From contig CBDCKW010000009.1 of the NCBI GenBank assembly GCA_965218435.1, positions 3,680,001 through 3,744,000 of the forward strand: 64,000 nucleotides of DNA, read 5' to 3'. Each line of letters opens with the position of its first letter. Positions within the stretch are counted from its first letter, which is position 1. A program made the translations under genes and the position numbers. Below the pieces are notes generated by a model. The model ran no database searches. It was not told the origin of the DNA and was given only the letters and a program-made list of their open reading frames with translations. This document shows positions 39,229 through 49,245 of this stretch, one piece after another. Source of the DNA: Truepera sp. Lineage in GTDB: Bacteria; Deinococcota; Deinococci; Deinococcales; Trueperaceae.

Positions 39229-39398
39229 CTAGATTCTGTTGGTCGTTCGGTCTGATATTACAGCAAATAATTTGGTGAGCGTTTGTACCGGCTTGGTCGG
39301 TATAGCGACGACGACACCAGTTCAGAGCGCGGCTATGCCATTTGCGCCGCCGAGCACAGCGTTATGCACTCTGACTGCGGCTGTAATATTAGCCGGTT

Positions 39399-40928
39399 CT
39401 AGTGCCGGAAGTGCCGCTCCCCGGTCATGACCATTGCCAAGCTCAGCTCATTGGCGGCGGCGGTCAACTCAGCGTCTTTGACCGAACCGCCCGGTTGGAT
39501 AACTGCGGCGACGCCCGCGTGGGCAGCCACCTCGAGCCCGTCCCGAAACGGATAAAACGCGTCGCTCGCACACGCGCCGCCCGCCGCGCGGCCCGCTGCT
39601 TTTTGCGCGGCGATTGCTGACGCGTCTACCCGGCTCTGCTGCCCCGCGCCGATACCAACAGCTTGAACGTCTTTAACCAAAACAATCGCGTTGGACTTGG
39701 TATAGGCGCAGACGAGCCACGCGAGTTCTAAGTCCTGCCATTCGTTTTCAGTGGGGTGCCGCTCTGTCACAACTTGCCAACGACTTCTGTCGAGGCTTAC
39801 CACATCGGGTTCCTGCACTAAAAAGCCGCCGTCTACGCGGCGCAACTCGAGCCCTGCTGCGTAGGGCGGCGGCGCACTCAGCACCCGCATATTTTTGCGT
39901 TTGGCCGCGAGTCTTTCGGCGGTTCCCGGCGCAAACTCAGGCGCAATCAGCACGTCGGCTTTGGGATTGGCGAGGAGTTCAGCGGCGAGCGCCTCACTGA
40001 CAGGCCGGTTGAGGGCGACAATCCCGCCGAAGGCAGATTTAGGGTCGGCGGCAAACGCGCGTTCGTAAGCTGTCTCGATATTTTCGGCTAACGCCACGCC
40101 GCACGGGTTGGCGTGTTTGACGATCACAGCGGCGGGCGCGTCAAACTCGTGAACTAAGCGCCACGCAGCTTCGGCGTCGAATAAGTTGAGGTAAGAGAGT
40201 GCTGCGCCGCTATGCTGCACCGCCTCGTCCCACCAGCTTTTTGCGCCGACCTCGCGGTAGCGTGCGCCGGTCTGGTGCGGGTTTTCACCGTAACGCAAGT
40301 TCTGGGCGTGCTCGAGGCTCAGCGTGAGCATCTCCGGCAATTTGGGTTTGTCCGGGCTTTCCAACTGCGTATCCAACCACGCCACAATAGCGGCGTCGTA
40401 GGCGCTCGTGTGGGCGAAAGCTTTGCGGGCCAGCGGCAATCTCAGCGCGTCGATCTCGTCTTTTTTGAGCGCAGCAAGCACCCGCTCGTAATCTGCCGGG
40501 TCACACACAACCAATACCTGCGCGTAATTTTTAGCCGCCGAACGGAGCATCGCAGGGCCACCGATGTCAATGTTTTCAACCATTTCGGCAAAAGGCGCGC
40601 CTCTGGCGACTGTCTCCCGAAACGGATACAGATTGACGACCAAGAGGTCTATCGGGGTGATGGCGTGCGCTTTAAGTTGTACCTGGTGTTCGGGCGTCCG
40701 GGTCGCTAGCAGGCCACCGTGAATTTTGGGGTGGAGCGTTTTGACGCGGCCGTCTAAAATCTCGGGAAAACCCGTTTCATCGGCGACACGGCGAACGCTG
40801 AGACCGGTGTCTGAGAGCGCGGCGTAAGTTCCGCCGGTTGAGAGCAGCTCAAATCCCAACTCGGTGAGGGCGCGGGCAAAGGGCTCGAGGCCCGCCTTGT
40901 CGGAAACACTTAAGAGGGCGCGGGGCAT
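39399..40928 (-). CDS. purH: Bifunctional AICAR transformylase/IMP cyclohydrolase
   Basis: [38 protein letters not shown] and RHFRH. Confidence 0.97.
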   Translation of the reverse strand: MPRALLSVSDKAGLEPFARALTELGFELLSTGGTYAALSDTGLSVRRVADETGFPEILDGRVKTLHPKIHGGLLATRTPEHQVQLKAHAITPIDLLVVNLYPFRETVARGAPFAEMVENIDIGGPAMLRSAAKNYAQVLVVCDPADYERVLAALKKDEIDALRLPLARKAFAHTSAYDAAIVAWLDTQLESPDKPKLPEMLTLSLEHAQNLRYGENPHQTGARYREVGAKSWWDEAVQHSGAALSYLNLFDAEAAWRLVHEFDAPAAVIVKHANPCGVALAENIETAYERAFAADPKSAFGGIVALNRPVSEALAAELLANPKADVLIAPEFAPGTAERLAAKRKNMRVLSAPPPYAAGLELRRVDGGFLVQEPDVVSLDRSRWQVVTERHPTENEWQDLELAWLVCAYTKSNAIVLVKDVQAVGIGAGQQSRVDASAIAAQKAAGRAAGGACASDAFYPFRDGLEVAAHAGVAAVIQPGGSVKDAELTAAANELSLAMVMTGERHFRH

Positions 40929-40974
40929 AGGTCAATTTAACTTATTGCAAAGGTCTGGCGTACAAAACAGAATG

Positions 40975-41003
40975 AAAAACCCCGCAGTGCGCGGGGTCTT
41001 CTC
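40975..41003 (-). terminator. Terminator after the PPIase gene
   Basis: ACCCCGC agtgc GCGGGGT with an A run (T run on the minus strand). Confidence 0.7.
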
Positions 41004-41011
41004 TTTGGCAG

Positions 41012-43636
41012 CTAGTTCGCGCTGTTACCCGGCGGTGTAGGGGTAGGTTTTTCGGGCACAGGCTTCGTGGGTACAGGTTTCACAGGCGCGGGTTTCACAG
41101 GCGCGGGTTTCGTAGGCGTGGGTTTTGTGGGTACTGTGCTCCCGCCATTTTGAGGCGTCGTGCTCTGCGTCTTGTTACCCTGAGCACTTGGCTTCGTCGG
41201 CTGCGGGACGCTCTGAGCGTTATCACTTTGAGCTTGTCCCGGAGCATTGTTCGGCTGAGTTTTATTGCCGGTACTACTCTCGGTGTTGCCTTGAGCGGCT
41301 CCGTTTGCAGGCGCTGCGCTCCCCTGCGGGGTTGGCGGCTTAGCTTTACCCGGCGCAGTTTCGTCTGGAGCAGCAACACCTTCGCCGTCTTGAGTCGCGT
41401 TCCCGTTCTGACCCTGATTCGCCCCGTTTCGAGCTTTGCTTTGACCCTGGTCAGTGGCCGCGTTTTGCGCCTTTCCGCTCGGTGTAGTTTTAGCTTCTGT
41501 TTTACCCTGGTTACTTCCAGCTGTGTTTGGTTGGTTGGGACTCGAGGGATTGGTGGCCGCGCCGTTATTTGGCTGGCCCGTCTCGGTCGCCTGTGGGCTC
41601 GAGCTGCCTTGCACGGTCCCGCCGCCACTCGCTGCCGCGCTTGGAACGATACTCGGTACGTTGCCGACCGCTGCGCCGCCGCTCTGGGTCCCGCCACTCT
41701 GGACACCACCGCTCTGAGTAGCATCTTGTGTAGCGGTCGGGGTTTGCGCCGACGCTAACAGGTTTTCGACCGGGAACTTTTTGCGGAGGCCGTCTAGCCA
41801 GGTTTGCTGCGCCTGATTTCGCTGCTGCTGCAACGCGGCTTGCTCAACCTGGGCGCGTACCTCGTCAAAGGGCCGGACCCGTTCGGGGGTACGGGCTGCG
41901 ACGAGCACGACAAACTGTTTTTGGGTTGCGGGCACAGTGGTTCCAGCAGCGGCTCCGCCTGACGCTGTGCCCCCGGAAACTGTGCCGCCGGAAACCGCGC
42001 CGCCCGAAGCTGCGCCCCCGCTGGCACTGCTGAGGGGAACCTCGAGCGTCAACACCTCCGAGATGTCAAAGCCACTTTGACCGAGCGCAGTCATCCCCTG
42101 CTTAAAGTTAAAAAGCACGCTGTCAAGCTGTTTGGGCTGCGCCCCCGGCGAAACGTTGCCGAGGTTTTGGACCGTGCCCCCGGCAGCTTTCGCTGCAATC
42201 CCGGTACTGTCGGTGCTGATGGCGTCGGCCGTCGTCAGAGCTTGGCGAAAGTCTCTAGCTGCCGCCGCCTCAGCGAAGTTGACCCTGGTTGTAAGCGCAC
42301 TGGGCTGCTCGGTATAACGCGCTTTATTGTCGTTGTAAAAGCTCTGAACTTGTGCGGGCGTGACCTTGACGTCGCGGCTCACATACCCGAGCGCACTCTG
42401 CGCCACAGCCGAGTCCGGCCCGGTAAAGGTGCCTTTGAGCGACTTTGCACCCTGAACGGCGAGGTCGGTGTCAATCATCTGCGTTAAGATGTTGGGTTTG
42501 ATTGAACTTTCGATAATCCCGGCAAAGTTCGGATTTAAGAGCTGCTGAATCTGCGGGTTTAGGTAGGTGCTGCGGTCGAGTTCGGCAGCGGTGATCGTCC
42601 GGTCACCGACTTTGGCGACGATGGCATTTTTGTACTGGTAGCTGCTGCCTGCCGGTGAAGTGATGTCGGCGCTGGCTTTCAGGGTCCGCAGCGCATTCTC
42701 CTCAGCGGCAGCTTTTTGCAGGTCGGTCAGGTCTTTTTCGACCTCGCTCCGCACGTCTGTCAGGGGTTTTGTTCCAGCGGGCGTATACGCCTCAACTTTG
42801 ACGATGTGATAGACGCCGCCCGCTTGGGTGGGCGTGGTTAAACCGGGGCCTTGCAGCGCGAAAGCCGCTTGCGACACGGCGGTCGGGAGGGCGACGCTGG
42901 TTACAGGTTTAGGTGTGCTTTCACCTTCGGCTGCGCCGAGTGCGCCGCCCTGCTCGGCGCGCTCTGTGGAGTTGTCGCGGGCAAGCCCCGCGAAATCGGC
43001 TCCGGCGAGCGCCTGCGCGTACAGGGCGTTGGCTTTGCTCTCGTCGGCAACGACGATTTCACGCGCGGTAATCCGCGGTTCACTCTGATAAGCCTGCTGA
43101 TTGGCCTCGTAATAGGTCTGAATCTCGGCGTCGGTTGGCGTGGTATCAGCCGTCAGACCGGCTAAATACTTCTCTTGCTGCAGCTGCTGACGGATAAGGT
43201 CGCGGAAGGTTCCGTCGGTGTAACCTGCCCCGGCGAGGAGGTTTTGATAGGCGCGGTCGTTGCGGCTCCCGGCGACGCCCTGCTGCCCGCGGAACTCGTT
43301 GACGCGCGTTCTGACCTCACCGCTCGAGACACTGATGTCCGCCGCCGCTTGTTGCAGCAACGTCTGCGTTACCAGCTGATCTAACAAGACGAGCTGTAAA
43401 TCTTGGGCCACCGGACCTTCTTGTACCGCGTTAAAGGGCGGGTTTTGCTCGAGGCGCTGTACCTGCAGTTCACGGATCGGTTCATCATTAACGGTGAGGG
43501 CCACCGGCCCTTCGGCGGCCTCTTGCTGGGTACCCCGGTTCCCGAACAGTCTCCCTGGGGTAAAACTGATGACCATACTGACGAGTAGACCGATGGCGAC
43601 GATCCACAAGATGATATTTCGGTTGCGTTGGCTCAT
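41012..43636 (-). CDS. SurA/PpiD-like peptidylprolyl isomerase chaperone with long low-complexity tail
   Basis: N-terminal TM, SurA_N-like region, parvulin-like ADFAGLARDNS..GGALG, SGGx and PTKP/PVKP repeats. Confidence 0.8.
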   Translation of the reverse strand: MSQRNRNIILWIVAIGLLVSMVISFTPGRLFGNRGTQQEAAEGPVALTVNDEPIRELQVQRLEQNPPFNAVQEGPVAQDLQLVLLDQLVTQTLLQQAAADISVSSGEVRTRVNEFRGQQGVAGSRNDRAYQNLLAGAGYTDGTFRDLIRQQLQQEKYLAGLTADTTPTDAEIQTYYEANQQAYQSEPRITAREIVVADESKANALYAQALAGADFAGLARDNSTERAEQGGALGAAEGESTPKPVTSVALPTAVSQAAFALQGPGLTTPTQAGGVYHIVKVEAYTPAGTKPLTDVRSEVEKDLTDLQKAAAEENALRTLKASADITSPAGSSYQYKNAIVAKVGDRTITAAELDRSTYLNPQIQQLLNPNFAGIIESSIKPNILTQMIDTDLAVQGAKSLKGTFTGPDSAVAQSALGYVSRDVKVTPAQVQSFYNDNKARYTEQPSALTTRVNFAEAAAARDFRQALTTADAISTDSTGIAAKAAGGTVQNLGNVSPGAQPKQLDSVLFNFKQGMTALGQSGFDISEVLTLEVPLSSASGGAASGGAVSGGTVSGGTASGGAAAGTTVPATQKQFVVLVAARTPERVRPFDEVRAQVEQAALQQQRNQAQQTWLDGLRKKFPVENLLASAQTPTATQDATQSGGVQSGGTQSGGAAVGNVPSIVPSAAASGGGTVQGSSSPQATETGQPNNGAATNPSSPNQPNTAGSNQGKTEAKTTPSGKAQNAATDQGQSKARNGANQGQNGNATQDGEGVAAPDETAPGKAKPPTPQGSAAPANGAAQGNTESSTGNKTQPNNAPGQAQSDNAQSVPQPTKPSAQGNKTQSTTPQNGGSTVPTKPTPTKPAPVKPAPVKPVPTKPVPEKPTPTPPGNSAN

Positions 43637-43757
43637 AGGCGCTGACTCATACTCTGGCTTTGACTCATAACTGGGTAACGTCCTCCTGCTAACGGGTAGC
43701 GTTTTTCTGGCTTTAGGGGTATCATCTTTAGTGCCTTGGCGCTTAGCTTCGGCACCT

Positions 43758-43787
43758 GGTAGACCAAGTCACGGTAGACCAAGTCAC
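43758..43787. repeat. Perfect 15-bp tandem duplication upstream of tRNA-Arg
   Basis: GGTAGACCAAGTCAC x2. Confidence 0.9.
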
Positions 43788-43809
43788 TGATGATACCAGT
43801 AATCTGTTT

Positions 43810-43886
43810 GCGCCCGTAGCTCAGCCGGATAGAGCGTTCGCCTCCGGAGCGAAAGGCCACAGGTTCGAATCCTGTCGGGCGCACCA
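43810..43886 (+). tRNA. tRNA-Arg(CCG)
   Basis: Anticodon arm TTCGC-CT CCG GA-GCGAA, CCA end. Confidence 0.97.
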
Positions 43887-44095
43887 CCCCTCTAAAACAG
43901 CAAGAAGTGTAACACGCAGCCTCGTTAAGCTGCGTGAAACGTTGGCTGTGCTTGGCTAAACGCTCAGCTTAGCCGGAGCACATCTCTAAAACACCTTTAA
44001 CCGTATGCAACAAGGCTTTAGGTTGACCTACTGCTCATCACGGCTTGCCCGCTCCGAAAAGTTTTTCACGCTGCGCTGCTCAGCAGTGACAAAGC

Positions 44096-45145
44096 TCAAA
44101 CGCTCGGCTCGTCACCGACTTTGACGAGCTGCTTACCGAGGTTGTCCCCTCCAAGCATCCCGATCAACGCTTCCGGTGCATTTTCAATCCCTTTGGCGAC
44201 CGTCTCACGCTGTTTGACCTTACCTTCTTTGAGCCAGCCGCTCATCTCCTCTATAAAGGACGGCATACGCGCCAGATGGTCCGAGACTATAAAACCTTGT
44301 AAACTGAGCCGTTTGCTGGTGATAAGCGGCAGGTTGCGGGGGCCGGGGCGCGGCGTTTTGTCGTTGTAGTGAGAGATCATGCCGCAGACCGTCATACGCC
44401 CGAAGTCGTTCATATGGTTGAGGACAGCCTCGAGCAGCTCGCCACCGACGTTTTCAAAGTTCAGGTCAATCCCGTCCGGGCAGCTCTCTGCCAGGGCTTG
44501 GTTTAGGGGCGCGGTCTTGTAGTTGAAAGCGTCGTCAAAGCCCAGGTCGTTTTTTAGATAGTCGATCTTTTCGTCTGAACCCGCCGTCCCGACCACGCGG
44601 CAGCCTTTAAGCTTAGCAATTTGCCCGACTGCGCTGCCGACCGCGCCCGCCGCCGCCGAGACAAAAACGTTGTCGCCCGTTTGCAGCTTGCCAATATCAA
44701 AGAGCCCGACATACGCCGTCAGTCCGGTGACGCCCAAGATACTCAGGTAGTAGGGGAGTGGAGCGCCGTCTGCGGTGAGTTTGCGGACGCCTTCACCCTC
44801 GGCGAGCGTATAGTTTTCCCAACCGAACATTCCCGTCACCAGGTCGCCTTCGCTAAAGTTGTCGTGTTTGGACGCCACCACTTCACCCACCGCCTGACCC
44901 TGCAAGACCTCACCAAGTTGAAAAGGCGGCGTGTAAGATTTCACGTCGTTCATCCGGCCACGCATATAGGGGTCGAGTGAGAGCCAGATATTGCGCACCA
45001 CGATGTGACCGTCTCGAACGTCGGGAACAGGGTTATGCACCGTCTTAAAATTGTCTAGCGTAACCTCGCCTTGGGGACGGCTCGAGAGTAAAATCTGCGT
45101 ATTTTGCGCTGTCTGCTGCGCTGTGTTTGGTGCTGCTCGAGGCAT
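44096..45145 (-). CDS. NADP-dependent oxidoreductase (CurA/prostaglandin reductase-like, MDR)
   Basis: SLDPYMRGRM, SAAAGAVGS, FENVGG and CGMISHYN. Confidence 0.9.
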   Translation of the reverse strand: MPRAAPNTAQQTAQNTQILLSSRPQGEVTLDNFKTVHNPVPDVRDGHIVVRNIWLSLDPYMRGRMNDVKSYTPPFQLGEVLQGQAVGEVVASKHDNFSEGDLVTGMFGWENYTLAEGEGVRKLTADGAPLPYYLSILGVTGLTAYVGLFDIGKLQTGDNVFVSAAAGAVGSAVGQIAKLKGCRVVGTAGSDEKIDYLKNDLGFDDAFNYKTAPLNQALAESCPDGIDLNFENVGGELLEAVLNHMNDFGRMTVCGMISHYNDKTPRPGPRNLPLITSKRLSLQGFIVSDHLARMPSFIEEMSGWLKEGKVKQRETVAKGIENAPEALIGMLGGDNLGKQLVKVGDEPSV

Positions 45146-45748
45146 AAAGCTCCCTTCCAGCGTTCACTATAGGAGCAGAGAGGGGGCGTGACTGTAGACC
45201 GGGCAGGGCTTACGCGGCTGGAGTCGCGCCAAGGAGAGCTCTAATCTCGAGCTCTGGCCGCTGCGCTCCGATCTATCTGCGCCTCGCTAAAACGTGTTTT
45301 AGAGCCGGGCTACCCCTTTGAGTTCTCCGAACTCGGGCCTGCCTTATGTGATTTGCTCGAGCTTTCCGAGGCCCCGTCATAAATCCCGGTCATACATGAG
45401 AGGCTTACGAACCCTGATCAAAGCCGGTCATCGCTAAAGCTAACGTCAAAAAGTAACCCGCTGAAGCTTGGTTTCAGCGGGCCGCTTGTGAGCTACCCTA
45501 TTTTTAGGAGGCGTAACTCTGCACCGCCGCTGCCCCCAGCGGTATTCGGCAGTCTAACCGTCCTCAGTTTGTCCAGGTAGATACAGTTGCACTAAAAATA
45601 TAGGACTTAGTGCCGAGAGGACTGACAGCTCGAGTATCACTCTGAGCAACGCCCAGCTCTTCGCCCACAGGCTCTTTGAAACCCACCGTCTATTCGTTCT
45701 GCTCGAGACGTAAAAACGCCTCTCGTACTCGTTACAGATAACGCGACC

Positions 45749-46444
45749 GTGCAGCAAAACGTAGCACCGCCTGCCATAACAAACCAAACTGTACTGTACA
45801 TGTTGATTTATTACCATGACGCTCGAACCCAAACTTCTCCCGAATCTCTCAGAACTCAGGCTAAACGAAACCGGATGATCCAGGCCGCGAGGACGCTGTT
45901 TCTAACCCAAGGTTACGCCCGCACCACTATGGACGCCATCACAAGGGCGGCGGGCGTCAGCAAACAAACGCTTTACGTTTACTTTCCCGGTAAAGCCGAG
46001 CTTTTGGCCGCCGTCGTCGCCCAGGAACTCGGCGCCCTCAGCGTGTATGAAGGGACGCAGGTGCCCGAAACCCTGGCGGCGTTTCGCGCGAAGCTGCTCG
46101 CATTTGCCGGTGCGCTGACAGGCCAACTGATGCAAGACGAGGCGGTGGCCTTGCTGCGGCTTCTCTTAGGCGAAGCGTTTCATATGCCTGAACTGCGCAG
46201 CCTGGTACCTCAGACCTTTCCGGCGCGGCTCCTCGTCATCACCGAAACCCTCGTCCGCAAGGCTCATGAACAGAGGCTAATCAGCGCCCCCCAGCCTGAG
46301 CTGAGCGCCCGGATGTTTATCGGTCCGGTGATGAGCTTTGTGATGCTCGACGGCTTTTTTAGTCCCGCGTTACCCACACCACCCTCGGCAGAAACCCTGA
46401 CGCAAATCGTTGACGCTTTTTTGCTCACTGTAGCTGTGCCGTAA
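45749..46444 (+). CDS. TetR/AcrR family regulator (true start uncertain, possible 5' frameshift)
   Basis: GYARTTMDAITRAAGVSKQTLYVYFPGKAEL. Confidence 0.82.
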   Translation: MQQNVAPPAITNQTVLYMLIYYHDARTQTSPESLRTQAKRNRMIQAARTLFLTQGYARTTMDAITRAAGVSKQTLYVYFPGKAELLAAVVAQELGALSVYEGTQVPETLAAFRAKLLAFAGALTGQLMQDEAVALLRLLLGEAFHMPELRSLVPQTFPARLLVITETLVRKAHEQRLISAPQPELSARMFIGPVMSFVMLDGFFSPALPTPPSAETLTQIVDAFLLTVAVP

Positions 46445-46471
46445 TTATCCCGTAGCCAAAGGAGGCTAACT

Positions 46472-48208
46472 ATGTCAGCACAAACGACCCGAGAAACGCT
46501 AAAAGAAACGTGTGAAGTCCTTGTAGTTGGAGCCGGTCCAACCGGGCTGATGGCCGCGAACTTGCTCAAGCGGCGCGGCGTAGACGTTCGCCTGGTCGAA
46601 CAGCGGGCCGCAGCCTCGAGCGAGTCCCGCGCCTTTGCGATTCAAGCGCGTTCGGTGGAGCTCTTTGAGCATATGGGTATCGTCGACGAGTTTCTGGCTC
46701 AGGGTGTGCTCAACCCCGGCGTCGAGTTCTACGTCGGTAAGCGTCACCTCGGTGGGCTGAATTTTGATAAAGCAGCCTCGCCGGATACGCCCTACGGGTT
46801 TATCTTTATGCTGCCGCAGTCGCACACCGAAGCCATTTTGATCAAAGATTCGGAGCGCCTGGGCCTCGAGGTTGAATGTGAGGTCACCGTCACCGGACTG
46901 ACCCAAGACGAGGGCGGGGTCAGCGTACAAGCGACCACCAAGGGCGGCCGAGAGCGGACGATTCGCAGCCGTTACGTCGTCGGGGCAGACGGGGCGCACA
47001 GCGTCGTCCGCAAAGCGTTAGGGCTGAGCTTTGAGGGTTCGAGGTTTCAAGCTGCGTTTTTGCTCGCGGACTGTCAGGTTCACTGGCCGCTCGATCACGC
47101 CCACTTCCGCGTCTTTATGAACGGAGGCTCGACCGCCTTTTTCTTGCCACTTGGCGGGGCCAACCGCTCGCGCGTGATGACAACCGACCGCAGAGACAAA
47201 GGCAGAGATAAACACAGCAGTCAGGTCAACCGTAACGGCCCGAACGCGGCGTCTTCAGAGCTCGGGCTTAAAGAGCTCGAGACGGCCTTTCAAGCGGTGA
47301 CCGACATGGACGTGACGCTCAGCGACGCCGTGTAGACTTCGCGTTACAGCATCAACCACCGGGGCGTAGACTGCTACCGTAGCGGGCGCGTCTTTGTCGC
47401 GGGTGACGCCGCCCACAGCCATTCACCCGCAGGCGGGCAGGGCATGAATACCGGTTTGCAAGATTCCGCCAACCTCGCCTGGAAACTCGCCTCGGTCATC
47501 CGTGACGACGCGCCGGACACGCTGCTAGGAACCTACGACGCCGAGCGCAGGCCGGTCGGTGAGCGGGTGGTGGCGACGACCGACCGGTTGTTTCAGGCGG
47601 CGGCGGGTGGTACCGGTTTAGTAGCAACGGTGCGCGACTGGCTCGCGCGGCCCGCAGCGGCGGCGGTGACCAAATCCGACGCGCTCCAGCACCGGGCGTT
47701 TCGGGCGCTGTCTGAGCTCGACATCAGCTATGAAGGCGACTTTTTAGAGGACGCTGCCTTGTCACTCAAAGCGGGGCCGAGCGCCGGACACCGTGCGCCG
47801 AACGCAGCCGTTTCAAGGCACCAAGACGTGTTTGACCTGACTGCCGGGTACGGCTTTACCGTCTTGGCGCTGGCGCACAAACCCCTCGAGCATAACGAGG
47901 CGCACCGCGTCGCCGATGAACTCGGTAAGCTCTCCGGCAAAAATGTAAAAACGCAGCTCATCTCCCGGTTGGCGGTGGGCCAAGACCCGCGCGTGGTGTT
48001 CGTCTCGTCGGCTGAGGTCTTCCGCGCCTACGGGCTGACGGGGCTCGAGCAGCAGGCGCTCTACGTGGTGCGGCCTGACGGATACGTCGCTTGGCGCTGC
48101 GACGGATTCGACTTTGAGGCGTGTGGGCGGTTTTTGGAACGTTTCGGGTTGAGTAGTGCTACCAACCAGGCTGTAAACCATGCCGCAGCTGAAAGCGTCG
48201 CTGCTTGA
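46472..48208 (+). pseudogene. FAD-dependent monooxygenase with internal TAG
   Basis: GAGPTG and GADGAHS motifs. TAG at 47333-47335, then in-frame GRVFVAGDAAHSHSPAGGQGMNTG, and C-terminal VRPDGYVAW. Confidence 0.88.
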
Positions 48209-48218
48209 GTTATAAGGG

Positions 48219-48260
48219 GATTACACCCAAGAGATTACACCCAAGAGATTAAACTCGGGA
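48219..48260. repeat. 14-bp tandem repeat
   Basis: GATTACACCCAAGA x2 plus a degenerate third unit. Confidence 0.8.
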
Positions 48261-48323
48261 GAGCGCACCGGTAGGGACGCTTATAGTAAGGAGTATGATG
48301 ACTTTGACGCAAAGAAACGCAGC

Positions 48324-48983
48324 ATGGCGCTCCAAGTAATCGGGGCCGGGTTCGGGCGTACGGGCACGATGTCCTTAAAGGCGGCGCTCGAGGAGCTCGG
48401 CTTTGCTAAGTGCTACCATATGCAAGAGGTTTTCAAAAACTCCGGCGACGCCCCCATTTGGCAGGCCGCCGCTGAGGGGAAGCTGGTTGACTGGGACGCG
48501 CTTTTAGAAGGCTATCAAGCAACCGTAGACTGGCCCGGTTGCACGTTTTACCAAGACTTTATGACACGCTACCCCGACGCCAAGGTGCTCTTAAACGTCC
48601 GTGACCCCGACGCGTGGTATCAGAGCATGACCAATACGGTCTACCGCGCGAGCCGCCCCAGTTTTCCTAAGTCGCTCGTGCCGCTTTTTGTCCCGCGTTT
48701 GAGGCGCTTTATTCGGATGACCCAAGTGCTCATCTGGCAAAAGACCTTTCACAACCGCTTTGGTGACAAAGCCTACGCCCTAAAAGTTTTCGACGACCAC
48801 ATCGCCGAGGTCAAAAGGGTCGTGCCCGCCGACAAGCTCCTCATTTACGAGGTTAAAGAGGGCTGGGAACCGCTCTGTGCGTTTTTAGGGGTGCCTGTGC
48901 CCGACAAGCCCTTCCCCCGGCTGAACGACTCGGCTTCGTTTAACCGGCGAGCGGGGCCGGGTCTTTTTCGGCGGCGCTCGTAA
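48324..48983 (+). CDS. Sulfotransferase family (P-loop) protein
   Basis: VIGAGFGRTGTMSLKAAL, CYHM, VDWP and GWEPLCAFLG. Confidence 0.88.
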   Translation: MALQVIGAGFGRTGTMSLKAALEELGFAKCYHMQEVFKNSGDAPIWQAAAEGKLVDWDALLEGYQATVDWPGCTFYQDFMTRYPDAKVLLNVRDPDAWYQSMTNTVYRASRPSFPKSLVPLFVPRLRRFIRMTQVLIWQKTFHNRFGDKAYALKVFDDHIAEVKRVVPADKLLIYEVKEGWEPLCAFLGVPVPDKPFPRLNDSASFNRRAGPGLFRRRS

Positions 48984-49060
48984 TTTGCCCAAACGCAAAC
49001 CGTGTTAGAAAACTGCGTTAGCGTAGACAAAGCTGAGGCGAATATGTTACACCTACACTT

Positions 49061-49117
49061 ATGACCGTGAGCACCAGCTTTTGTACTGCTTATTTTGCGG
49101 GGTATTGGCTCGGCTGA
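49061..49117 (+). CDS. Putative aromatic amino acid leader peptide MTVSTSFCTAYFAGYWLG
   Basis: 18 codons including 2 Phe, 2 Tyr and 1 Trp, directly upstream of a terminator and DAHP synthase. Confidence 0.75.
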   Translation: MTVSTSFCTAYFAGYWLG

Positions 49118-49157
49118 AGCCGGGAGGACGCCACGCACTAAAAACATGTGATTGGCC

Positions 49158-49185
49158 GCGCCCGGAACCTCCGGGCGTATTTTTT
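49158..49185 (+). terminator. Attenuator terminator before DAHP synthase
   Basis: GCGCCCGGA acc TCCGGGCGT followed by ATTTTTT. Confidence 0.8.
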
Positions 49186-49245
49186 GGCCGTCTGCGCAGC
49201 TGTTCTGTATAAAAGCTGAGGTATCAGGGTAAAGAGGAGTTAACT

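Noticed and set aside
39039..39398. Cobalamin riboswitch upstream of B12-dependent nrdJ
   Set aside because: No B12-box or conserved core was recognisable. Only NrdR-like boxes were seen.
41095..41758. Overlapping ~200-aa ORFs in the PPIase tail
   Set aside because: They are alternative frames of GC-rich low-complexity sequence.
45146..45748. 600-bp intergenic stretch with hairpins as ncRNA or gene remnant
   Set aside because: I found no coherent frame or known motif beyond a terminator-like hairpin near 45457-45482, so support is insufficient.
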